Source: an uncultured Bacteroidales bacterium
GTDB taxonomy: Bacteria; Bacteroidota; Bacteroidia; Bacteroidales; UBA4417
DNA: 64,000 bases
Reading direction: 5' to 3'
Assembly (NCBI GenBank): GCA_903879715.1
Contig: CAIRMR010000016.1
Coordinates: 3,115 to 67,114 of the forward strand
The notes under the pieces are model-generated. The model was not told the origin of the DNA, did no database searches, and worked only from the letters and a program-made list of their open reading frames with translations. Below, one piece after another: positions 20,558 through 29,837 of this stretch; position 1 is the stretch's first letter, and the number at the start of each line of letters is the position of its first letter. The position numbers and the translations under genes are program-made.

Positions 20558-20808
20558 TTTATTTTTTTTTAAATTGGGGGAAGATGGCTGCCTTAACAGC
20601 GAACCGGGAAATTTCATGATTCAATAAAATATTTATTGAGAGAATAACCAATTATGACTTTCTTTAATATGAATTTGATTTTTGATTGAAATCAAGTTGA
20701 AAAATACTCATCATCTATGAGGGCATGTAATAACCTGAATAGAATTGAAAAACAGGTAGCTGACGCACAAAACCGGTTTATGCGCAGCAAAATACTGATG
20801 ATGAGAAA

Positions 20809-21180
20809 TTAAGCGGAAGGAGGACCTCTGAAAGAAAAGGCCTGGATTCCCTGCAGAAGAACAGGGGCATCTGATGGAAGGAGATAGAATGAAACTATCT
20901 CATAATAGGGAATATCTAAAATTTGTTGACCAGAAGTTGTAAAAACAAAATGCAACCCTGAATCGAAGGTCTTTGAATTACTGTCATTTTTAACAAATGA
21001 AGCAGTATCTTCTTCTTTGTAGCGTGTAGAGGAACATGCAACAGGAATGAGCTGTTTACCCCAGATATGATGCTGATGAAAATTAACCAGGTTACCCATG
21101 TAAATCCAAACCACTGCAACAGCCCATCCTAAAAGGATAGCTTTGCGAAGTACAGATTTGGTTGATTGAAGGTAACCCAT
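20809..21180 (-). CDS. Small membrane-targeted leader ORF ending in RGPP (candidate arrest peptide)
   Basis: Basic N-terminus, hydrophobic segment, FHQHH, single Cys, C-terminal FSFRGPPSA*; same strand and upstream of the uptake operon. Confidence 0.7.
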   Translation of the reverse strand: MGYLQSTKSVLRKAILLGWAVAVVWIYMGNLVNFHQHHIWGKQLIPVACSSTRYKEEDTASFVKNDSNSKTFDSGLHFVFTTSGQQILDIPYYEIVSFYLLPSDAPVLLQGIQAFSFRGPPSA

Positions 21181-21473
21181 AATATATTCCTGAATTTGAG
21201 TGCAAAGTTGTATATTTTTTGAAAGGAAAAAACATTCCCCAACTTTTTTTTTCGTTAAATATCAAAAAAAAACTCAATAAGTGACATATATCAATCTATT
21301 TGCATCTTAATACTTGTTTTGATATTGACCCAATACCCCCAGGTGAATAAATACTGATACAACTGAAGATGTGGTTTAGATAAGCGCATTAATTAATCAC
21401 CCTATTATTCAGATAGTTATAAAACAATTAACTAAATGCCTGACCCGTATCCCTGATTTTACAGTATTCGGAT

Positions 21474-21517
21474 AAAAAAAAAGCCATCAGTTGATTTTTA
21501 CTAATCAATTGATGGCT
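21474..21517 (-). terminator. Intrinsic terminator after flavodoxin
   Basis: agccatcagttgatt...aatcaattgatggct stem; plus-strand A tract gives a U tail on the minus strand. Confidence 0.8.
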
Positions 21518-21556
21518 AATATGCATTAAAATCTGACTAAATCAATTTAAGCAGGA

Positions 21557-22063
21557 CTAAATATTGGCTTCCGCCCTGATTTGTTTTACCCAATCGCTAA
21601 TTCGTTTGTCAGTAAACTCTTTCTGTGTATCATCATCAATGGCAAGACCGACAAATTTACCTTCTTTTTCGGCTGTTGAATAATAGAAATTATATCCCCG
21701 GGTTGATGTATAACCAATAACGTTTTCTTTATGCGGTAAACGGCAGAATATAGTCCCCATCCCATCAACAAAGCTTTCGGGATAAATTTTCTGATCCCCC
21801 AGGCCAAATAAAGCAACTTTCTTGTCGGCCAGGTCCGATTCAACCAATTTGTCGATAAACCGTTCCCAATCCGAATGCATCTCACCAATTCCCCAGGCCG
21901 CTGTTCCTAAAATCAGGAAATCATATTTCTCCACATCCTGTCTGGCGGCACTGGACACATTGTGCACCGTAGCCTGATCACCAAACAGCTCCTGAATTTT
22001 GCGGGCTACCTTTGCTGTGCTCCCGTTATCTTTACCACCAAAAAAAATTCCTATCTGCGACAT
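21557..22063 (-). CDS. Flavodoxin (long chain)
   Basis: IGIFFG...GSTAKVA, LILGTAAWGIGE, VALFGLGDQ..YPESFVDGM, FVGLAIDDD. Confidence 0.93.
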   Translation of the reverse strand: MSQIGIFFGGKDNGSTAKVARKIQELFGDQATVHNVSSAARQDVEKYDFLILGTAAWGIGEMHSDWERFIDKLVESDLADKKVALFGLGDQKIYPESFVDGMGTIFCRLPHKENVIGYTSTRGYNFYYSTAEKEGKFVGLAIDDDTQKEFTDKRISDWVKQIRAEANI

Positions 22064-22199
22064 ATTCTGTATTTATTTCTTAATTTTTTATACAATATGC
22101 AAATCTAACGAAAATCAAACTTACGTGATAATTTGCTGCTATATATTTTCTGACTAATTTTGAGGCTTCAGCTAAATGCCCTGAAATGAAATCCGATTT

Positions 22200-23162
22200 A
22201 TGAAACAGCTTTACTTCAATTTTGTTTTACCTCCTTTATTAATTTCCCTGTTACTCTGGAGTGTTATTGTTTGGGAAACGGGCGTAAGTATAAGCAGCGC
22301 TGTGGTGTTCGTGCTTGTAACAGCTCTTGTCTTACTAAATATGAGAACTGTAAATCAAATAAAAAATTTACGGAATAACCTTCTGAATATTGAAAACGGA
22401 TCATTAATTAAAATTGACACCAGAGGAAAAGGAGTTTTTGCTGAACTGAATCAAACTCTCAGCAATATTTTTCAGCGGATCAGGAAACAGGAAGATGAAT
22501 TGCAACGCGAAAAGCTTCGCAGGCTCCGTTCTGTAATTGATGGGCAGGACCAGGAACGCAACCGCCTGTCTCGTGAATTGCATGATGGTATTGGTCAATC
22601 GCTTATTGCCGTTAAGCTGCAGCTCGAAAATGCTGAAACGCAGAATTATTCGATGATGAGGGCCGGAATTGACTCCGCCAAAAACATGATTGACATCACG
22701 ATTGAAGAAGTGCGAAGAGTTTGCAATGCACTATTACCGGCAGCCCTGAACGAGTTCGGAATTGTTTCGACTTTGAGAGCGCTTAGCTCCGAACTGGGGT
22801 CTTTGGCTGGGTTTAAAGCTGTTTTTGAAAATGAAGGTTCACTGGACAGAATGTCTAAAAAGTCGCAGATCTATATTTACCGTATTGCACAGGAAGCACT
22901 GAACAACATCACAAAACACGCAAGAGCCACTCAGGTATTGCTAAAACTCAGCCGGATAAATAATATAGTTACTTTAGAAGTATCTGACAACGGAAAAGGT
23001 TTTATATTTGACCCGGTTTGTTTTGCCCAGCGAAATGGTTTGCAGAATATGCGCGAAAGAACGAATTTGCTGGACGGCGAATTCGTAGTGAACAGTCTGC
23101 CAAGTAATGGCACAACAATAAAGGTTTCAATACCTTACGACATTGAAAATGGAAAAGATTAA
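22200..23162 (+). CDS. Sensor histidine kinase, HisKA_3 (NarQ-like)
   Basis: Two N-terminal TMs; ERNRLSRELHDGIGQSL; YRIAQEALNNITKHA; DNGKGF; GLQNMRER. Confidence 0.93.
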   Translation: MKQLYFNFVLPPLLISLLLWSVIVWETGVSISSAVVFVLVTALVLLNMRTVNQIKNLRNNLLNIENGSLIKIDTRGKGVFAELNQTLSNIFQRIRKQEDELQREKLRRLRSVIDGQDQERNRLSRELHDGIGQSLIAVKLQLENAETQNYSMMRAGIDSAKNMIDITIEEVRRVCNALLPAALNEFGIVSTLRALSSELGSLAGFKAVFENEGSLDRMSKKSQIYIYRIAQEALNNITKHARATQVLLKLSRINNIVTLEVSDNGKGFIFDPVCFAQRNGLQNMRERTNLLDGEFVVNSLPSNGTTIKVSIPYDIENGKD

Positions 23163-23808
23163 ATTGATTTTGGTGGATGACCATCAACTGGTACGAACAG
23201 GAATTGCCAATTTACTGGCAGGAGAAACGGGTTTCGAAATAATAGGTGAAGCTGCCGATGCGAAGGATTTATTTGAATTACTCAGGAAATCGCAACCCGA
23301 CATTACCGTGCTTGACATTGCATTACCAGGAATGTCGGGCATAGAAATTACAAAGAAGCTTCACAACGATTATCCTGGGATCCGCATCCTGATTCTTTCG
23401 ATGCACACTTCCGAAGAATTTATTTTTAACGCAATTAATTCCGGGGCAAGAGGATATTTGCCTAAAAACACTTCACGGAAAGAGTTAATAGAAGCGATTT
23501 ATGCTATTCATCGGGGGGAAGAGTTTTTTGCCGAAAGCATTTCGAATGTAATTCTGAAGAGTTATATCAAAAAGGCAAAATCTGACTCACAGGAAGACGA
23601 AAACAATGAAAATCTGCTGTCAAAACGTGAGATAGAAGTCCTGAAGCTTTTTGCCGAAGGCATGACTAACCAGGAGATTGCCGATAAACTATTTATCAGT
23701 ATCCGTACGGTTGAGTCACATAAAAATCATATTATGGCCAGGCTTGAGCTTAAAACAACCGTTGACCTGGTAAAATTCGCCATCAGGAATAATATAGTTT
23801 TGCTATAA
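23149..23808 (+). CDS. NarL/LuxR family response regulator
   Basis: LVDDHQLVR, LDIALPGMSG, LSKREIEVLKL...IADKLFISIRTVESHK. Confidence 0.95.
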   Translation: MEKIKLILVDDHQLVRTGIANLLAGETGFEIIGEAADAKDLFELLRKSQPDITVLDIALPGMSGIEITKKLHNDYPGIRILILSMHTSEEFIFNAINSGARGYLPKNTSRKELIEAIYAIHRGEEFFAESISNVILKSYIKKAKSDSQEDENNENLLSKREIEVLKLFAEGMTNQEIADKLFISIRTVESHKNHIMARLELKTTVDLVKFAIRNNIVLL

Positions 23809-23840
23809 AGCCATCAGGAATAATATAGTTTTGCTATAAA
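23779..23840. repeat. Perfect 31-bp tandem duplication spanning the regulator stop codon
   Basis: gccatcaggaataatatagttttgctataaa at 23779-23809 and 23810-23840. Confidence 0.95.
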
Positions 23841-23922
23841 ACAGACATCTTGATAAATGAAAGAATGTCAGATGTGGAATCATAATGCACTAACCTTATT
23901 CGCGAATCTAACCTCAAACAAA

Positions 23923-24432
23923 ATGAAAAACCTGTTATTTCTTGCTCTTATACTCCTTCCGGCTATGACCTTCGCCCAAATGAATCAAAAGGCTCTGGAT
24001 GAGAAGAAAGGGAATGAAATGCTTATCGGGTATTGCAACCGCGATGGATTTGCAAGCGTGAACAGTAATTTTGATTCGGCCTTCAAGGCTGAATACCAGA
24101 TTTACAAAGCGGATGAAGTTACCATGAAACAGCTTACAGGAAAGTTGAATGACATTGAAGTGACTTTAGTAATGGCAAGCTGGTGCGGCGACAGCAAGGA
24201 ATGGGTTCCAAGGTTTTATAAAATTATGGATAACCTGGACTTCCCTTACAAAAACCTTACCCTGATCTGCGTTGACCGATCAAAAAAAGCGCCTGGAACC
24301 AATGTAGATGCTTTGAAAATAGAACTGGTACCAACCTTTATTTTTTATCGCAATAAAACTGAACTTGGTCGTATTGTTGAGGTGCCGGCGGATTTGATGG
24401 AGAAAGAAATTCTGAATGTTTTATCAAAATAG
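23923..24432 (+). CDS. Exported thioredoxin-fold protein (CxxS)
   Basis: Signal peptide; WCGDS, VPTFIF, ELGRIVE. Confidence 0.85.
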   Translation: MKNLLFLALILLPAMTFAQMNQKALDEKKGNEMLIGYCNRDGFASVNSNFDSAFKAEYQIYKADEVTMKQLTGKLNDIEVTLVMASWCGDSKEWVPRFYKIMDNLDFPYKNLTLICVDRSKKAPGTNVDALKIELVPTFIFYRNKTELGRIVEVPADLMEKEILNVLSK

Positions 24433-24506
24433 ACTTTATTGAAACAGAACTTTTATTAAATTTAAAGTTTATTTCGGACATTTTAAACACTTTAATACTA
24501 TGAAGT

Positions 24507-25859
24507 ATGAGACTTTTATATTTTTTCGTTTTAGTTTTTTTGATTTCTTCTTGTACAAAAGAGAAAACGCAGGATACCCCCAAAACGCCCAAACCCGAAT
24601 TTAAAGTAGAGATCGTATCAGGCAATCAACAAAATGGCTTTATAAATCAGGAACTGGCTAATCCAATAACAATTAAAGTTACCAGTCCGGAAGGTACTTT
24701 ATATAACAGGGCCAGCATAGCATTAATTACAACTGATGGAAATTTGATTTCCCGAAATGGGTTTTACCCTTCGGGCACTTACCTGGTTTATTGGATGTTA
24801 GGCTGCAAAGAAGGTATTCAGAATGCGGCTGTCATTGTATCTGATTCGGCTGAAAAACCGATTGATACGATTCAAATATCAGCACTTGTTGCCAGGGATA
24901 ATCCATGGAACAGGGTATGCGGATTGCCGGTAAAAGTGGAAGAGTTAAAGTTCAATCTCTCGCATGTCCTCAAATTTATTGAACATCCCGGTGGCATCTT
25001 TTATACCTTACTAATCTCATACTCTGACTATTTAATTTATTCGTCAGCAGATAATGGAGAAACATGGACTGAAACATCTAATTGCACTGCCTATATGCAC
25101 GTGCATGATCTTACGGTGGATGCAAATGGAAATTTCTTCCTGTCAACCGACAAAGGATTATTTAAATCTTCCGATTGTAAAAGCTGGAAAAAAGTAATAG
25201 ATGGCATGATGGACAAATGCTTTAGTATTGATAATCAAACACTTTTCGCATGTGAATTCTTATTCAAAACTATTTATCGTTCGGATGATAAAGGTGAGAC
25301 ATGGAACAAAACTTCCATTTCTCATATCAATGAATCCAATGCACGGTGGTATTCGGAAGGTATCCGCCAAATAAAAAGGATTGACAACAACAAAATACTT
25401 TTGCTCGACGACAACAAAGATTTATTACTTTCGAAAGATAATGGCACAACCTGGGAACTGTTTACCAATACCAACCAGTTTTTTCATAAAACAGGATTTA
25501 TTTTGAAGGACAACGCCCTGTACCTGGTTGATATAACAGGTGGTGAATCGATTCCGAAGGTATATAAATCGGACATTACAAATGTATCGTGGTCGTTGTT
25601 TTGCACACTGAACCACGCCCCCCATAATTTGGATGATTTAAATAAAATATCAAGTACTATTGACTACCTTTATTTCTTGACCTCCAGTGGTCTTTATAAG
25701 GTAAATCAAAATGGCGACACGTTAAATATTACAAATAATATCTGGAGTAAAATGGTTAATATCAACAACTTCCTTGTTTCAAAACAAGGGACTTTTCTTG
25801 TAGGATCCGACTATTCCGATGGCAAAAGCATATTCAGAAGCAAACTTAGCCAGCCTTGA
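24507..25859 (+). CDS. Lipoprotein with Ig-like domain and BNR/Asp-box beta-propeller
   Basis: Lipobox ISSC; IVSGNQQ..G...L.NPI.IKV; SADNGETW, SDDKGETW, SKDNGTTW. Confidence 0.75.
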   Translation: MRLLYFFVLVFLISSCTKEKTQDTPKTPKPEFKVEIVSGNQQNGFINQELANPITIKVTSPEGTLYNRASIALITTDGNLISRNGFYPSGTYLVYWMLGCKEGIQNAAVIVSDSAEKPIDTIQISALVARDNPWNRVCGLPVKVEELKFNLSHVLKFIEHPGGIFYTLLISYSDYLIYSSADNGETWTETSNCTAYMHVHDLTVDANGNFFLSTDKGLFKSSDCKSWKKVIDGMMDKCFSIDNQTLFACEFLFKTIYRSDDKGETWNKTSISHINESNARWYSEGIRQIKRIDNNKILLLDDNKDLLLSKDNGTTWELFTNTNQFFHKTGFILKDNALYLVDITGGESIPKVYKSDITNVSWSLFCTLNHAPHNLDDLNKISSTIDYLYFLTSSGLYKVNQNGDTLNITNNIWSKMVNINNFLVSKQGTFLVGSDYSDGKSIFRSKLSQP

Positions 25860-25976
25860 TATTCACTTATGCCCTTACTGATACCAATCAACAGCCTGCT
25901 TCCATGAAACCGACAACCGGAAAATACCAAACCGGAATCCAACAAATCTGAAACAATAACCTTCGAACGGAAATAA

Positions 25977-26822
25977 ATGATCAACCTTACCCATACCATT
26001 ACCGAAACACAGACTGCCATTCAAAAACAGATTTCCGAAGGCAAAACCATTGGCTTTGTCCCAACCATGGGCGCTCTTCACGAAGGACATCTTACACTGA
26101 TCAGGCGGGCCGCTCTTGAGAACGACTTTGTTGTAGTAAGCATTTTTGTGAACCCGATACAGTTCAATAATCCGGAAGATTTAGCAAAGTATCCGCGAAA
26201 CCTTAACGCGGACATTCAACAACTTGAAGGAACCGGCTGTAATCTTGTCTTTGCGCCAACAGCGGATGAAATGTATCCTGAACCGGATTTAACAGAATTT
26301 GATTTCGGGCAGCTCGACAAAGTAATGGAAGGCAAGTTCAGACCTGGCCATTTCAATGGAGTAGCGATAGCAGTAAAAAGACTTTTCGAAATTGTAACAC
26401 CTACAAAAGCATACTTTGGCGAAAAAGACTTTCAACAACTGGCTATTATTAATAAAATGGTTAGCTTGTTACAGATCCCTGTTGAGATAGTACCCTGCCC
26501 TATTGTTCGCGAAACTGACGGACTTGCTATGAGTTCTCGTAACGCAAGGTTAACTCCTGAGCAACGGGCCGAAGCACCGGTTATCTTCAAAGCTCTTTCG
26601 AGCGTAAAAGAAAACTATTCCTGGTTTATTCCCGACGGCGTTAAACAACTTGTGACTGGAGAAATACAGGAAAATCATTATTTCAGGGTTGAATATGTAA
26701 GTATAGTCGATACTGAAACACTTTTACCGTTCGAGGATTGGCAGGATGTGGAGCATGCCGTGGTTTGTGTGGCTGCTTTCATTGGCAAAGTCAGGCTTAT
26801 TGATAACATTGTATTGTATTAA
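25977..26822 (+). CDS. panC: Pantoate--beta-alanine ligase
   Basis: GFVPTMGALHEGH, SIFVNPIQF, RPGHFNGV, FGEKDFQQ, GLAMSSRN, RLIDN. Confidence 0.98.
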   Translation: MINLTHTITETQTAIQKQISEGKTIGFVPTMGALHEGHLTLIRRAALENDFVVVSIFVNPIQFNNPEDLAKYPRNLNADIQQLEGTGCNLVFAPTADEMYPEPDLTEFDFGQLDKVMEGKFRPGHFNGVAIAVKRLFEIVTPTKAYFGEKDFQQLAIINKMVSLLQIPVEIVPCPIVRETDGLAMSSRNARLTPEQRAEAPVIFKALSSVKENYSWFIPDGVKQLVTGEIQENHYFRVEYVSIVDTETLLPFEDWQDVEHAVVCVAAFIGKVRLIDNIVLY

Positions 26823-27331
26823 GAAAATTCTAATTCTCTTTTTTGAAATACAGAGAGGAAATTAACTAATTTTTTGAAATAAGTCATCAAATTGTTTCGA
26901 TCTGCCATTGTCAAATTAAAATATTTACTATTTTTACATATTGAATATGATGTGTGGAAGTATTATTTGCATTTGCTAAACAACTGATTATTTATTACTA
27001 AAATTAAACCGCTGGTTCCGGGAAAAGTTTTATCAATAATAATGCCTCCGCATAAGGAGTAATCGTTACCCATCAAAGCCGGTTTTCTCAATACTTCGAG
27101 TATTTGTTCTGATTTTGGGTCAGATGTGTCCCAAAATGGCCTGCTTACCCTATATGTCAATTGTTCAATACGCATAGCAAAAGTAATTTTTTTTGCACTG
27201 TAACAGACTGTATAATAACCACATATGATTTTATTTATAATTACAATTAACCTTGGCAAGGTTGTTGATTTTCGGTTTACTGCGTTTTCCTGACAAAGGA
27301 AAAAACTTGGATACTTCATATAGCTCAGATA

Positions 27332-29371
27332 ATGGACGAAAACTTTACAAGTAAATACAGATCATCAGTGTCGGAGATTTCGGTTTACCAATTGGTAAAC
27401 GCTTTATCTGATGCTGCTTTTGTTTGTGATCAAACAGGCCGTATAATTTACTGTTCTGATCATGTTATTCCTTTTTTCGGTATTTCAGATAAAGCAAGAG
27501 TAATTGGAAGCAGCTTTCAATCCTATATAGCCTATGAGTTTATTGATGAGGCATATTTTATGCTGTCAAATACAGTGAATGGAGGCAATAACCAGAAAAC
27601 AGGAAAATTCCCCGTAAAAAGAGGATTAACTGAAACATTTTATGCCTCCATAACTTTTGCCCCAATTGCCAATGATAGCATTTCCGGTAATTATATACTG
27701 GTAACTTTCCGCGAAGCTCCTGTTGCAGATCCTGAAATTGGACTTTTACACAAAAAAGATGTACGGCATTCGCGCTTAGTTGAAATTTTAAGCAATACCA
27801 CAGTTCAATCAGGTGACAGAACCAGTAAACTGGTGTCCCAGATCGGAGAAACCCTTGGCGCAATTACCTGTACTTACAGCTGCTTCGAAAAAGGAGAGTT
27901 GCATCCGTATGCGGCATGGGAATCTCCATTTAATAAAGGCATCACTCCTCAATTATTTGGCAAACAGATTTTTGATTACCTGAATGATCATAAAGAAACC
28001 CTTTCTGTAATCCGGAAACCATTGCTGACAGAGTTTCTGAAATCGGAACCCTCGTACAACGAAGAGTCGGGAGTTAAGGCTATATTGGGATTTACTATTA
28101 CTAAAAACAAAGTGGTTGACGGGATACTGACTGCAGTTTTTCCATTTAACTATACGCTTTCAAATTTCGATAAACTATTTATCCAGACTATATCAACTGT
28201 AATAGAGAATGAAAGTAATGCCGGAAATGATAATACCGTATCTGTTGAACCATCATTCCGTGATCTGATTGATCGTTTTGCTGACCCCATTTTTATTCTT
28301 TCAGAGGAAGGAATACTGCTGGAAGCAAATGAAAGTGCTCTGAAATATTATGGTTACGAACGGGAAGCTCTGATCGGGCAAAATCCGTTACTCTTATCGG
28401 CTGAAGGAAAAGATGATTCGGAATTGATCCGCCAGATGCTGGAAAAGACTCTTAACGGAGAACCACAAAAATATGAATGGATGGTAAAGAATAAAAAAGG
28501 TGAAATTCTTCCAACCGAAATCAGCCTGACTAGAAGCAATTATAAAGGACAGGAAACAGTAATAGCAGCAGTACGGGATTTAACTGAGACGAAAAAGGTT
28601 GTGAACGAATTACTTCGCCACAATCACGAACTGGTTGAATCCAATCTGAGTAAAGATAAGTTTTTCAGCATATTTGCGCATGATTTAAAGAATCCGTTCC
28701 AAGGATTACTCGGCTTTATTGATCTGTTGTACGAAGATCTAGATGAACTGAGCAATGAACAGGTTAAGGAATATTTATCGAATGTTCGTAATGCTTCCTA
28801 TCACACCTATGCTTTACTCGAGAATTTGCTTGAATGGTCGAGGATTCAAAGCGGGAAAATGCCATTTACACCTACAGTTTTTGATATCCATGACGAAATA
28901 AGCTCAGTAATAACGGTACTCGACAACAATGCTACCCAAAAGGATATTAAACTTATAAATGAAGTGGATTCGCATATTATGGTTGAAGCCGACCGCAATA
29001 TGATACGCTCTGTAATTCAGAATATCGTTACCAATTCCATTAAATTTTCTAATTCCAACGGACGAGTCGTAATCAGAGGCCGGGTGCCAATAAACTATAC
29101 TAAGGTTAAGAATACAACAGAACCTGGAGATCGCCAGTGGCTTGAAATAAGTATATCGGATAATGGAATCGGGATACCCGAAGAAATTTTGCCAAAACTT
29201 TTCAAACTCAACGGACAATATTCCTCTACTGGCACAGCCAATGAACCCGGTACAGGCCTTGGGTTGGTTTTATGCCACGAAATGGTTGAGAAAAACGGCG
29301 GCCGCATTTGGGCAGAAAGTATACCAGGACAGGGAACTACCTTTATTTTTACGATATTGCTGAGTAATTAA
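27332..29371 (+). CDS. Cytoplasmic PAS/GAF-like/PAS sensor histidine kinase
   Basis: Two PAS domains; SKDKFFSIFAHDLKNPF; NSIKF, DNGIG, GTGLGL. Confidence 0.92.
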   Translation: MDENFTSKYRSSVSEISVYQLVNALSDAAFVCDQTGRIIYCSDHVIPFFGISDKARVIGSSFQSYIAYEFIDEAYFMLSNTVNGGNNQKTGKFPVKRGLTETFYASITFAPIANDSISGNYILVTFREAPVADPEIGLLHKKDVRHSRLVEILSNTTVQSGDRTSKLVSQIGETLGAITCTYSCFEKGELHPYAAWESPFNKGITPQLFGKQIFDYLNDHKETLSVIRKPLLTEFLKSEPSYNEESGVKAILGFTITKNKVVDGILTAVFPFNYTLSNFDKLFIQTISTVIENESNAGNDNTVSVEPSFRDLIDRFADPIFILSEEGILLEANESALKYYGYEREALIGQNPLLLSAEGKDDSELIRQMLEKTLNGEPQKYEWMVKNKKGEILPTEISLTRSNYKGQETVIAAVRDLTETKKVVNELLRHNHELVESNLSKDKFFSIFAHDLKNPFQGLLGFIDLLYEDLDELSNEQVKEYLSNVRNASYHTYALLENLLEWSRIQSGKMPFTPTVFDIHDEISSVITVLDNNATQKDIKLINEVDSHIMVEADRNMIRSVIQNIVTNSIKFSNSNGRVVIRGRVPINYTKVKNTTEPGDRQWLEISISDNGIGIPEEILPKLFKLNGQYSSTGTANEPGTGLGLVLCHEMVEKNGGRIWAESIPGQGTTFIFTILLSN

Positions 29372-29837
29372 CTGATTTATTTTTACATTCCGTATATTCA
29401 GAAAGCAAATAGCTTTTTATATTAATTATACTATTCTAGCCTGAGCTATTCACAAACTTAGTGAACTCTATGAGCCATTGAGCCTTGCTGGATCACTAAG
29501 AATCACTAAGATAATTTAAGTCGGGCTTTTCCTGAACAGTTCAGGCTAGCATTAAGGCCGGTATCACTTAAGAATCTGCAGACTCCAATCACAAATTCCA
29601 GACCATAATCTCGCAAGTTATTATAGCGCAAAGCGTTTAGAATACTTTGAGTTAATTTTCAATTTCAATTCTAAAAAAAACTCTTTACTAAATTCAATTG
29701 ATTTTGAAAGCCGATTGAACATTATTTCAAATAATTAGTTTGAAAAATATAGTAATTTCAACTGTTTTTCGATCTTTGCGTTAGTTATCTCCTGGGTTTT
29801 AAAGCTTTAACGCGCATTTACCAATTAATATTCATAT

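Noticed and set aside
26963-27319. 118-aa minus-strand ORF (possible panD)
   Set aside because: No PanD motifs or recognisable domain; probably spurious, over the kinase promoter region
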